Shown piece after piece: positions 11,829 through 22,858 of a stretch of DNA of 64,000 nt; position 1 is the stretch's first letter; the number at the start of each line of letters is the position of its first letter. Origin of the DNA: Batkoa obscura (taxonomy: Eukaryota). Made by a program: the position numbers and the translations under genes. A model generated the notes under the pieces. It saw only the letters and a program-made list of their open reading frames with translations, ran no database searches and was not told the origin of the DNA. The stretch is taken from positions 1 through 64,000 of the forward strand of contig JASVEC010000018.1 in the NCBI GenBank assembly GCA_030770535.1, in the 5' to 3' direction.

Positions 11829-13127
11829 TTATTTACGAAATATATTAATATCATTCCAGCCTATCTCTTTATATATAGGTTCCCAATCTTTAAAGTTATA
11901 AGTCGATATTTGTCTATTTTGAAGGTAAATTGGAGAAACAATTGATATAATTGACTCAATGAACTTAATTCGAAATAAAATATCTGGATGTGAATTAAAG
12001 ACGTGCCTGTTGTTATTTATTTTATTTAAATTACTATTGTCATCCTTATTTTCTCTTTCATCCTCTTTTTCTTTCAGCAATCTATTCCAAAATTTTATGC
12101 TACTATTTGGATTATAGCCTGCTCTGGACATTAAAAAAATAGCACCTTTATCCGCTTCTAGTTCTTGTAATCTTGTATATGGATATAATAGAGAGCCTTT
12201 AGAGCAATTCGATAGTGTTGGGCCTAATATTTGTTTTACTTTTGGGAATTGAGATGAAACAAAGTCAATAATGCCTGCTATTACAAATAAAAAGTTATTA
12301 CTTAGGTCCGTTAAACTTCTTAATTCGGCATTATGACGATATAATATATGAGATATTTCATGAGCTAAAATAAATGCAAGCTCATTAATTGATTTAATAA
12401 ACTTTAATGTTTCACTTGTTATTATTATATGTCCAGAAGATAACACTTGTGCTTGAATAGTATCTTCATCAGTAATAATTATTTCCCATTTTTGATTTAA
12501 TAGCTCGCGTTTATTAAACTCACCAGTAACTGACAATAGTTCGAAAATAATAATCCTTATCACTGCTAATAGCTCTTCAGTAACAATATCATAGTTTATG
12601 TTTAAATTGGGTCTATATTTATCAAATAAATCCTTGATTTCTTTGACTTCACTCTTTTCGTTATTGAACACAAGTCTCCATCTTTGGCCATATTTACTAT
12701 ACTCGATACTTATTATTATCATTATAGATAGTAATGCTAATGGTATACTAACGAATAAAAAGGTAAATTTTGGATACTTTTTAAAGACTCTAAAAGCATA
12801 AAAGAATGGTATTGAGATTAAACTCATTCTACTTGCTAAATTAACTAATGAAATTATTATAGTTGAATTAAACTGATTTTGTCTTGTTGAATGAAAATTT
12901 AAACTTAAGATAACATTCAAATTGCTGTTATGTTTCATACCAATTTTATTATTTAATAATAAAAAGTTCTTATTTAGTGCTCTAGAATTGTTTAAATCCT
13001 TATTATGTTTGTGATATATATGCTTAATATTTACATTTAAGTTCAACTGTTTATTATAATTTGTGATGTTCTTATTCAAGATTGTAAATTTACTTATTTT
13101 ATTTAAGGAATTTAATAATAATCTCAT
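11829..13127 (-). CDS. OMA1: M48-family metalloprotease, mitochondrial Oma1-like
   Basis: Basic presequence-like N-terminus, LAFILAHEISH (HExxH), QELEAD third ligand, AGYNP and SHP motifs. Confidence 0.8.
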   Translation of the reverse strand: MRLLLNSLNKISKFTILNKNITNYNKQLNLNVNIKHIYHKHNKDLNNSRALNKNFLLLNNKIGMKHNSNLNVILSLNFHSTRQNQFNSTIIISLVNLASRMSLISIPFFYAFRVFKKYPKFTFLFVSIPLALLSIMIIISIEYSKYGQRWRLVFNNEKSEVKEIKDLFDKYRPNLNINYDIVTEELLAVIRIIIFELLSVTGEFNKRELLNQKWEIIITDEDTIQAQVLSSGHIIITSETLKFIKSINELAFILAHEISHILYRHNAELRSLTDLSNNFLFVIAGIIDFVSSQFPKVKQILGPTLSNCSKGSLLYPYTRLQELEADKGAIFLMSRAGYNPNSSIKFWNRLLKEKEDERENKDDNSNLNKINNNRHVFNSHPDILFRIKFIESIISIVSPIYLQNRQISTYNFKDWEPIYKEIGWNDINIFRK

Positions 13128-13355
13128 TTTGAATATTAAATGTTGATTTACTAACCCAATATTATATCTGAATTTATTATTTTACTATTTATATTTATAT
13201 AAGAAATCAAAAAGAATAATTGAATTTTTAATTTATAGTATTTTGACTTAGCATAATAATTAGATTACTATTTATTTTAATGATTTAATGTAAAAATTAA
13301 GTCACATTATATAGCTAAAAACTCAGAATAAAGATTAAGCTTATGTATATTCTAT

Positions 13356-14408
13356 TTAATTAATTTGATAATAGCTAGTATTATAGCTACTAACATCAAA
13401 AATCATACTTTTTAATGAAACAAAAACATCATCGTGTAGAATCAAGACAAAGATGGCATCAAATAAGGGCATTAAAGATCTTAAAATTGAACAAATTAAG
13501 TCAATTTCTGGGTTAATCTTTATTTTTGACAGTGTATATGGGATCAACGTCACTAGATCTGGTATAACAGTCAAGGTGTATGAAAGCAAAATGATAAACG
13601 CTTTAACAATGATAAATATTAATGTCTTTTTAATATGACTATTATAATTCAAGTAAAGTAAATTATTATTTGAAATGTAATTATTTATATTATTGTTATT
13701 TATATTTATATTTATATTACTATTACTATTACCATTAATATTATTACTATTATTATCATAATTAATCAAATTGGATAGTAAAATGGAATGACATTTTTTA
13801 TAATAATAATATATTAAACTCAAATAAGAATAATAAATAATAAATAAAAATACAAATAGTTTGATAATGAAGAATACATTAAAAAATCGAACATAGATGC
13901 CTGCTGATAATGTAGTTTGTTTTTTTCTTAATAAACAGTAGCTTTGGATTGGCATTAGCTTTGGTGTCGATAATACTAAGTTTACTACTAGCAGGATGAT
14001 ATTGATTAAAAAATTAACTATAATAATAATAATGATATATTTTTTTTTGACTTTCTTTTCTTTAACTATAATATAATACCTTAAGAAAGACAGCAGAGAT
14101 AATAGCGATAAATTGTTTAATAAGTAAACGTACTTTATGATACTTTCTATCCAGCATAAAGTACTATTATTGTAAAAATACTTGTTCTTAGTCGCTAATA
14201 CTATAGCTGAATTGAAAAATGAAAACGTTGAATAGATAAAGTCTAGGATTGATAGTAGCTGAATAATAACAATGTCATTACTTCTCCTCTTACTCGCCTT
14301 CAGTTTACTAATACTTAGCAACAATAAGATATTTAATGCTACCGCTATCAATGAAAATACAACTTCGATGGCTAGTGCTGTCGTTAAATAAACAGATTCA
14401 AATCTCAT
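13356..14408 (-). CDS. 7TM class-A-like GPCR, paralog of 9294-10235
   Basis: Starts MRFESVY. Same layout as the first GPCR: LSFLRYY, PKLMPIQSYC, YTLTV.PDL.TLIPY, DLI...LRSLMPLF. Asn-rich ICL3. Confidence 0.75.
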   Translation of the reverse strand: MRFESVYLTTALAIEVVFSLIAVALNILLLLSISKLKASKRRSNDIVIIQLLSILDFIYSTFSFFNSAIVLATKNKYFYNNSTLCWIESIIKYVYLLNNLSLLSLLSFLRYYIIVKEKKVKKKYIIIIIIVNFLINIILLVVNLVLSTPKLMPIQSYCLLRKKQTTLSAGIYVRFFNVFFIIKLFVFLFIIYYSYLSLIYYYYKKCHSILLSNLINYDNNSNNINGNSNSNINININNNNINNYISNNNLLYLNYNSHIKKTLIFIIVKAFIILLSYTLTVIPDLVTLIPYTLSKIKINPEIDLICSILRSLMPLFDAIFVLILHDDVFVSLKSMIFDVSSYNTSYYQIN

Positions 14409-14662
14409 TGTAGTAGTAAAAATAAACAACAGAAAAACAAAAGCACCTTTTTTGACAGTCAAGTCTAATCTCAAAAGAACTGGACTTGCTTTAAATAAGC
14501 TTATTCTTAAGGGCACTATGAAATCAATTAATTATACAATTCAACAAAACAAGAAATTTTTATTATGTTACTAATTAAACTATTAAAAGAAGATTCCAAT
14601 CAAAAAAACGAAAATAAAAATTCATGAATAAAAACAATGAATATATTTTTACAACTCGAAAA

Positions 14663-16129
14663 ATGAATAAATTAAAATTAAATAGTCTAATAGGATGGGA
14701 ATGCGAATTATATTGGGGAAATCAATTAAGTAATAAGCAAATAACTTTTAATTATAATACTTATTTTATTAGTTACAGCTACTATTATAAGTGAAAGAAT
14801 AAGCCAAAATAAAGAAAAGGAATATTATTTACACTTTGGAAATTGTAAGCAACTGTTGATATGAAAACACTCTTTTAAGAAATATAATAACATATTATAT
14901 AGTAGATACAAAATATGATCAGTGGGTTAATAAAAATAAAATTGAAACATTTTCTGAAGGAGAATTTTCTTATAACCTGAAACAAGATAAAGGAAATACA
15001 TCAAAAAGAATAATAGCAGTAAAATACTTTAAATCATTTTTAAATCATTTCTAAGATTTTATATAATAAACTATATAGCATTCAGAAAGAAAACCATTAA
15101 CCTTTGAAGAATATCCAATAAAAAACGTATATAACGTATTTATGAATGATCACTTTATACCTTGCTATTATCCTTCTCCGTATCCAGATCATTATTATTA
15201 TGTCAAAACTTTATTGATTTGTCATTATTGTTTTCAATATTTTCAATATACTAATCCATATGAAGAACATTTAGTAAGTATTATTTTATTATTACAATTA
15301 TGTAATATAACAACATTAATAGAAAAAATGTAACATAAATAAATATCAAGAACACCAGATAGTATATTGTACAGAAAACGAAATGATAATGAAATTGGAT
15401 GGAGAAGAAGAAAAGGTAAATTAATATATTTGGTTATTAGTATACAGTTAAAAATTATAGTTGTTATGCCAAAATTTGTGTTTATTTTCAAAACTATTTA
15501 TAAGCCATAAAGATATTTGTTATTCACTCAAAGGCTTTAATTTTTATTTATTGTTTGTTAAAATTAACGATATGTTTCAACCTGTAGCTTATTTCTCGAA
15601 AGTAAACATAATATATACTACACTACATTGTGCATTTATTTATTTTTAAGGAAAAAGAATTTAAAGGAAACAATCTGGCTTGCATTTTGACTTTCCCCGC
15701 TTTCCAAAACAAAGGCTATGGGACTTTATTGATCGAATTCAGTAATACATTTTGTTTGACAATGATAACAATAATAACGTAATCATATCCTTTTTAGGCT
15801 ATAAATTATCAAAAGTGGAGGGTAAAATGGGATCAGCAGAAAGGCCATTATCTAAACCAGGGTATAGAAGTTATTTAAGGTACTGGATGAATAGTATAAT
15901 CGATATATTATTGAACTATCAAGGTAAAATAACGCTTGAGCAAATATCAAAGTTAACTTTTATTACTGAAAACGACTTGTTAATAGCATTAAATGAAATG
16001 GAACTATTAAACAACACTAGTTGGAATGAACCTTTATTATTAAATAGAAACGATATTAATTTAATTATACAAAAAAGGAGGATTAAACTGATATCCCAAA
16101 ATATCGATATAAATAAAATTTTTATTTAA
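14663..16129 (+). CDS. MYST-family histone acetyltransferase with N-terminal Tudor-knot/chromo-barrel, multi-exon
   Basis: EYYLHF...YDQWV chromo-barrel, ICHYCFQYF zinc region, LCQNLCLFSKLFISHK, NNLACILTFPAFQNKGYG, GSAERPLS (catalytic Glu), SYLRYW. Confidence 0.85.
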
Positions 16130-16408
16130 TAAAAAGTGAATTTAATAAGAATAGTTTTATACATTTGATTTTTAAAGATAAACTTAATTAAATATTATCA
16201 TAAATAATTACTTTTCTCTCCGATTTTTTTGATCTTTTTGTTTGAGGAGATTTAGAAAATACACTAAAAAACGAATGATATTTTTATAAATAAATTTAAT
16301 TGGTGTAAAAAATATCACCATTTAAAGTGGAACCATTTACTATTTACTATAAAAAATAAAATATATTTGAATAAAATATATTATTTTGTTACTAAAAGTA
16401 TTATTAAA

Positions 16409-18382
16409 ATGGATGTTAAGAGTAATTTTATCGAACTTGACAAAAATATGTTAAATAATCAAAAAGTATTTAATATAATAAAATATAATATAATATTTTT
16501 TAATCATAAAATCATTCTGTAGTTCATAGATTATGAGTATTTAGTTATTGGAGCAGGGATATTTGGGGCAGCATTTGCAACAACAATGGCAAGGGAAGGA
16601 AAAAAAGTATTATTGATTGGTAATTGAAACAATAACGATATTGAAAGAATAAAATAACAAGATAATAGAAAGAGATTTAAAAGAACCAGATAGAATAGTA
16701 GGAGAACTATTACAACCTGGAGGCTTAGAAGTATTGAAAAAACTAAACTTAGAAGATGCTTTGGAAAACATTGACTCAATTCAAGAAGACGGCTATGCTA
16801 TTTTTTTCAAAGGAAAACCAATTACTATTCCCTATACGAAAGATGAAAACAATGAACAATATCATGGTAGGAGTTTTCATCATGGTAGATTTATAACTAA
16901 CCTTAGGAATTTGGCTAAAAAAGAAGAAAAGTAATTATTATTAGATAAATAAAGTAATACTAATGATTATATAGTATTACGATAGTAGAAGGAACAGTAA
17001 ATAAGCTGATATATGATAAAGAAATGGATAAAGTATTAGGAGTACAATGTAAAGTAGGGGAAGAAATAAAAATGGTAATAATATATTATAATATAATATA
17101 AATAATATAATAATATATAATTAGTTTTTTTCATCAATTACTGTTATTGCAGATGGTTGTTTTTCAAAATTCCGTAAAGGTTTAGTTACAATGGAACCTG
17201 AAACAACATCTCACTTTGTAGGGTAAATTAGTTCTTATTTTAAATAGAAAATAAATTAAATATAAATAGGTTTATACTAAAAAATGCTGAATTACCATAT
17301 AAGCATCATGGGCATGTTGTATTAGGCAAAACAGGACCAATTTTATTATATCAAATATCAACTCCAGATACACGTGTTTTAATTGATATTGCAGGAAAAT
17401 TACCAAGTATATCCAATGGAGACTTAAAAGTAACTATTATAACAATCAATCTTAAGATTTAATTAATAATAAATTTTAGAGTTATTTATTGGAAAAAGTA
17501 TTAAGCGAATTACCTAAATCACTTCAAGTAAATATAATAGTAGTATTTTTAGTACAGATAATAATATTAGCAATTTTACTAGTCAAGTTTTAAATCAGCA
17601 GTAATGGACCAAAAACCAAGAGTAATGCCAAATTCATTTTTACCACCTACACAAAATGCTTTATTCCCAGATGGCTTAATAATGGCAGGGGATGCTATGA
17701 ATATGAGACATCCATTAACAGGAGGTGGAATGACAATAGCATTTCAAGATATTTTAACTTTAAAAGACTTATTAGAATCAACTTCTAATCAAAAAAATCT
17801 TAAAGATTTACTTTATCAATTCCATTGGAAACGTAAATCAACAGGTTCAGTAATCAATATTTTAGCAAATGCCTTATATGCTTTATTTCAAGCAGAAGAT
17901 GGTAAATACTGCAATCATCTTATATTATTAAGTACAAAACTGATTATTTATTAGATCCAAATTTATTTTTATTACAAGAAGGTTGCTTTGAGTACTTTAA
18001 GTTGGGTGGTATTTGTGTGGATGGCCCAATCAACTTTTTATCAGGGTAAACATAACTATAATAGTATAATAATATTTATTAACTTTTATTATAATATAGT
18101 ATTGATAGTAGACCATATTATTTAACATATCATTTCTTTAGAGTATGTTTATATGCTCAATATTTAATGGTAGTACGTTCCCCATTTTATTATCAACCAA
18201 TAGCATTTATCGAATCATTTAAGCTATTTTTTACTGGTTGTAGAGTAATATTACCATTGATCATTAAGGAATTTAAAAATATATTTGTTGTTTCACCAAT
18301 AGTAATAATAATGTTACCTTATTTCTTAATGGTAGTATTATTTGCATTAATACAATATTCAATGTATTCAATTTATAAATAA
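16409..18382 (+). CDS. ERG1: Squalene monooxygenase, multi-exon
   Basis: VIGAGIFG FAD motif, DRIVGELLQPGG, GRSFHHGRFI, ADGCFSKFR, GDAMNMRHPLTGGGMT, INILANALY, C-terminal TM. Confidence 0.95.
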
Positions 18383-18427
18383 AATAAAAATATAATGTTA
18401 ATAAATATAATTTTATTCTTTACTCTT

Positions 18428-19130
18428 TATTTTTCTAAAAAAAAGTTTAATGAAGATAAAATAAAATAAAATAAAATAATTACTTACTCATCGTTTAAAT
18501 CTACTTCTTGTACTTTGGTTAAAAATGCATTAGAATTGATCCATTTATCCATCCCTGCTTTATTATTTTTTGAATTGCTCTCTTCGTTTTCGTTTCTAAT
18601 ATCTTGTTCAAGATCTAAAGTAGGATCCTTAGTTTGATTTAGCCTTGAGCTAATATAGTTATTCATATGGTGCTCCATATTCAATAATATTGTAGAGTTA
18701 GTAAATGATTCCATCGCTTGATTCTTTTTTACTTTTTTTTCTTGATTTTTATTCAAGTTTCCTTTAACTCCCCTTTTAGGTTTAATTAATGAACGTAATT
18801 CTAATAGAGTTTTTATTTCTTCTTCACTATAATCGTTATTAAATATTAAACAATACTCATAAAAATCAAAACTTACTTTATTTCATTTTCGATTTTATCT
18901 TGCTCATTTAGTGAACCCTTTTCATCCCCCTTTTTATCCTCCTTTTCTTGCTCTTTACCTTCATCTGGATCGATTTTTCTCTTTCTTAAATTCTTTTTAA
19001 TACTAGTATCCCTTTTTTTAAACCTAAATCCATTTTCTTTCTCATTTATCTCTTCTTCTTTGTCATTTATTTGATTTCCTTTACTGTTTATTTCTTTTGG
19101 TTTTTCACTCTTCATTTCATTTTCATTCAT
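18428..19130 (-). CDS. Tls1/C9orf78 (HCA59-domain) spliceosome-associated protein
   Basis: KKNLRKRK, LLELRSLIKPKKGV, FTNSTILLNMEHHMNNYI, W...AFLTKVQEVDL match my recollection of the HCA59 domain. 3 exons. Confidence 0.65.
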
Positions 19131-19300
19131 TTTGCTTTTGGTTTAATAAGTGATAAAAATAAACAAAAGCTCATTTTATTAGATAGTTTTAATCCTAAAT
19201 GAGCATATTTTATTGGTTGAATTTATCTCAAGTTTGTTTTTAGAATCAAAAAACTAATTGAGATTAACTTATTTTTTAGATAAAAAGATAATAATATAAA

Positions 19301-20535
19301 ATGTTAGTTAATAATTTAAATAGAAATTCAACTATTACAAAGGTAAGGTGACAATCAAACTTGATAATAACTTAATAAATAACACTTGAAAGATTATTAC
19401 TCGAAGCTATGCTTCAGTTAAAGGAAGCGGTAATAAGAAGAACAAAAAAACTCGTAATTTTGGAGCTATATCGTTTAAAGAAGCAATGAATATATTAAGA
19501 GTAAACAATAATAATACGAATAAAGCAATTTAGCTAATCATGATTGTTTTAAATTAAAGAGTCACGACTTCGATGCCACTAAAGATAAAACAATTGAATT
19601 AATGGTTCGCTATGATCGTAATAAATATAATAAAGAGCTATTAGGTTCAGTTATATTACCTAAAGCCATGAACCAAGACTCTATTGTTTTAGTTTTTGCT
19701 GAGGTAATAATAATCTAAACTATAAGTAAGTAACAAACTCATCTTTTAAAAAAGGGTAAAGCAGCTGAAGAAGCAAAAGCAGCAGGAGCTGATATTGTTG
19801 GAGGAGGTGAGCTTATTCAACAGGTAATAACTAAGCTGATGAGAATTTACCGAGTTATAATTTCATTCAATTAGATTCAAGAAGGTTTAATTGAGTTTAA
19901 TAAATGTATTTCTACACCTGCTATGTTACCACAAGTAACTAAAATTGCTCGTGTTCTTGGTCCTAGAGGTCTTATGCCAACAGTTAAAAAGGGTAACTTT
20001 ATAGTGTTTTTATGAATTGTTGTTAACAACATTTAGGAAATGTAACAAATGATTTAGCCCCAGCTATTATGCAATTCAAAGGTATGTTCGATTATAAATC
20101 TGATCATACTGGTATGGTACGTTTAGGTAAATTAACTAACATTTATCATGGAACAATATATTAAAATTATAATTCAGGTATAGCTAAGGTATAACTTTTA
20201 TCATTTGGTGAAAAAGTGTCTTAATTTAATATTATATAGCTTGGATTTAATGACCAAGAAATCCAAGGTAATTGTAAGATCAATATTAAAAGATACAAAT
20301 TAACCTTAAATTAGATAATATCCAAACTGTTTTGAGTTCAATCTATGAAATCGGTGCTCCTTCTGTCAAAAAAGGTAATGTTTTATTATTAAATTTATTT
20401 ACTATATATTCATTTGGTTTAGGTTTCTTACAACAAGTATGTATCTCCACTAATCAATTACCCGGTCTTTTAGTCGACGATATTATTGCTAACACTGTTT
20501 CAAAATACAAGTTATTGCATTCTCAAACTGAGTAA
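19301..20535 (+). CDS. MRPL1: Mitochondrial ribosomal protein uL1, multi-exon
   Basis: VLVFAEG, AEEAKAAGADIVGG, KIARVLGPRGLMPTVKKG, presequence-like N-terminus. Confidence 0.9.
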
Positions 20536-21032
20536 ATAAAAATTGATAGATAGACTTACATTATGTTACAATGATATAAGCAATAAAATATAGGATGAAT
20601 AACATAAAAAGTTAAAGTTAAAGTTAAAGTTAAATAATGGACTAACGTATTATTTAGTAGTATTTAAAAAATATAATTCTAAATTAATTTACTATAACAT
20701 TTTTAATTATCATTATAAAAACATCCTGCTTTAAGGTAGTTTTGATTTGTTATAAAACCAATTGGGCGCATTTTTTTATATTTCTCTTTTAAACAGGCAG
20801 TGTTTTGTTTTTTTTTAAAAAGATTTATAGATAAAAGGGGGTATTGGATGGAAATAGTGAGAAATGATCTAGTAATAATACCCTAGGAGTATGCTTTTTT
20901 TCCAAGAATTCAACTGATATTTATTCAACTTGTATACTTTAACAATAAATAAGATATATAAGAAATTAATAATGCAAATCATATCTTAAATCAACTTCAA
21001 TTTACTATGAAAATAAAGTAAAAGCAACATAC

Positions 21033-21596
21033 AGGGATGTCTAAATTAGTTTCAGAATTTGAAAATCGATCTAAATTTAAGTTTAAATTTGTAAGTCTTT
21101 ATTATATGGTTAAATTTAAAAAGCTTGAAATTAAATCTTTTTATTTAACTTAAAAGACTTATTTCAACTACTTTATTTTTTTTTAAATAATTAATTTTTT
21201 TAATTATATGTTTTATATTATTTTTATTTTAATAAAAATAAGATGCAAGCTTTTATAACTAAATTTTAATATAATAAGGAAAAACACATTATACAAACAT
21301 TGTAATTCATTTGTATTATTTTTAACAATTGTTTATAATAACCCAGAGCTTATGAAGTTTCATGATATAATGATAACAATAAAATTATTAGAATTTATTA
21401 TTCTAATAATGAATTTAATCAAATAGTGTAAAAATTAATATTTCAAAGGAAACAAGTAAAAACCGATAAATGACACTACTATCAACTATAGCTTTAATAT
21501 GTTTTTTTAAATAAAAGTCAACATAACTATTTAAAAATAATTAATAATAAAATACTAATATTATGATCTACCATTAAAATATAAAAAAACATCCCT
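21033..21596. mobile_element. Longer non-autonomous TIR element sharing termini with the MITE family
   Basis: AGGGATGTCTAAATT ... AAAAAAACATCCCT termini. Related end fragments at ~6170-6218 and ~24535-24555. Confidence 0.55.
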
Positions 21597-21597
21597 G

Positions 21598-22061
21598 TGT
21601 GAAACATCGCTTTGTCAGCCCCATGGCTAATCATAGTATAATAATTTCCTAAGCTGTTGTGTTCTCAATTATAGGGATAATTAGTCCCATGCTCTTATTC
21701 TAATTTGCTAAGAGAAGTTCTATCTTTGTCTCAAAAAATACAATCCTCTCGTTTTGATATTTATAGTTATCGGAGTATAAAAGAGATTCTAAAACATAAT
21801 AGCTCTAGGCTTTTTAACTGAATTATTCCCTGATATCTCGAACATTTAATAAGCCCAATAAGTTTCCTTAATAGTATTTTACGTAGATTTTACATTATTA
21901 TTGTCTGTTCTATTTGTTTTACATAGTCTGTAGTCTATTATGTGGTATTCTTCATAATTCAAATCTATCTTAGTCACATAAACTAAGACCTTTCAACTTA
22001 TAGTGTAGTCAACCAGGCAATAGGTGTTTTTGACTCCAAACACTGAGTACCAGATTTCACA
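21598..22061 (+). mobile_element. Intact solo-LTR-like element, 464 bp, 4-bp TSD CCTG
   Basis: TGTGAAA...TTTCACA termini, CCTG at 21594-21597 and 22062-22065, internal TATAAAA. Confidence 0.9.
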
Positions 22062-22283
22062 CCTGTATAGTAAATGTTTTAATATTTTTCAAGTATATAA
22101 TAAATAGTTTTAAAAATACAAAACAAATTTATATAATATATATGCTTAATATATAATTAGAAAAAAGTTGGTTAAAAACAAATATACTAATAAAAAATAA
22201 AACAAAAATGCAAAAATCTTTTAATAAAGAGAAAAATTTATAGGAATTATAAAAATTTTGTATTAATATTTAAAAAGATGTAT

Positions 22284-22380
22284 GGGAATGTATTTTTGTG
22301 TTTAAGAATTTTATTAAGAATTTTTTCACTCAGATAACTCTTAAAAGATGGAAAAAACAATGAAGCTAAAAAATACCCCC
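22284..22380 (+). mobile_element. ~97-bp MITE copy
   Basis: GGGAATGT...ATACCCCC with flanks GTAT/ATAT. Confidence 0.85.
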
Positions 22381-22559
22381 ATATTTAATAAAATTATTAA
22401 ATTGTAATTCAGTATATTCAGGAGGCCATTTAGTTAATTTAATATTTAAAAAGCTTTTATTTAAAAAATTTATAAAGATTAATATATAGACAAATGTAGG
22501 AAATCATTTTAGAATTTAAGTTTTTATATTATATATTTAAAAAAAATTATAAAGCAAAT

Positions 22560-22653
22560 GGGGATGTATTTTTATAAAAATTTTACTAACAATTTCTCCA
22601 CTCAAACAACACTCAAAAGATAGAAAAAGTAATGAAGCTAAAAAAACACTCTC
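22560..22653 (+). mobile_element. ~97-bp MITE copy
   Basis: GGGGATGT...ACACTCTC. Confidence 0.8.
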
Positions 22654-22858
22654 AGTGGTAGTTTAAATTTTGATTTTGATTTTTTTGCTAAATATTATAG
22701 AAAAAATATAGTTAATGAACATTTTAGAAACTTTTTATAACGGAAAAATGGTTTTAAAGCATTATATAAAATAAAAAATGTTAAGCAATCTCAAAATTTA
22801 AGATTCTTATTTATAGACATAATAAAAGTAATAACTTAACTATCAATAACAAAAAAGT

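Noticed and set aside
20860..20925. Possible C/D snoRNA (ATGATC...CTGA)
   Set aside because: The C box is imperfect and no recognisable rRNA guide is present. It is likely chance in AT-rich DNA.
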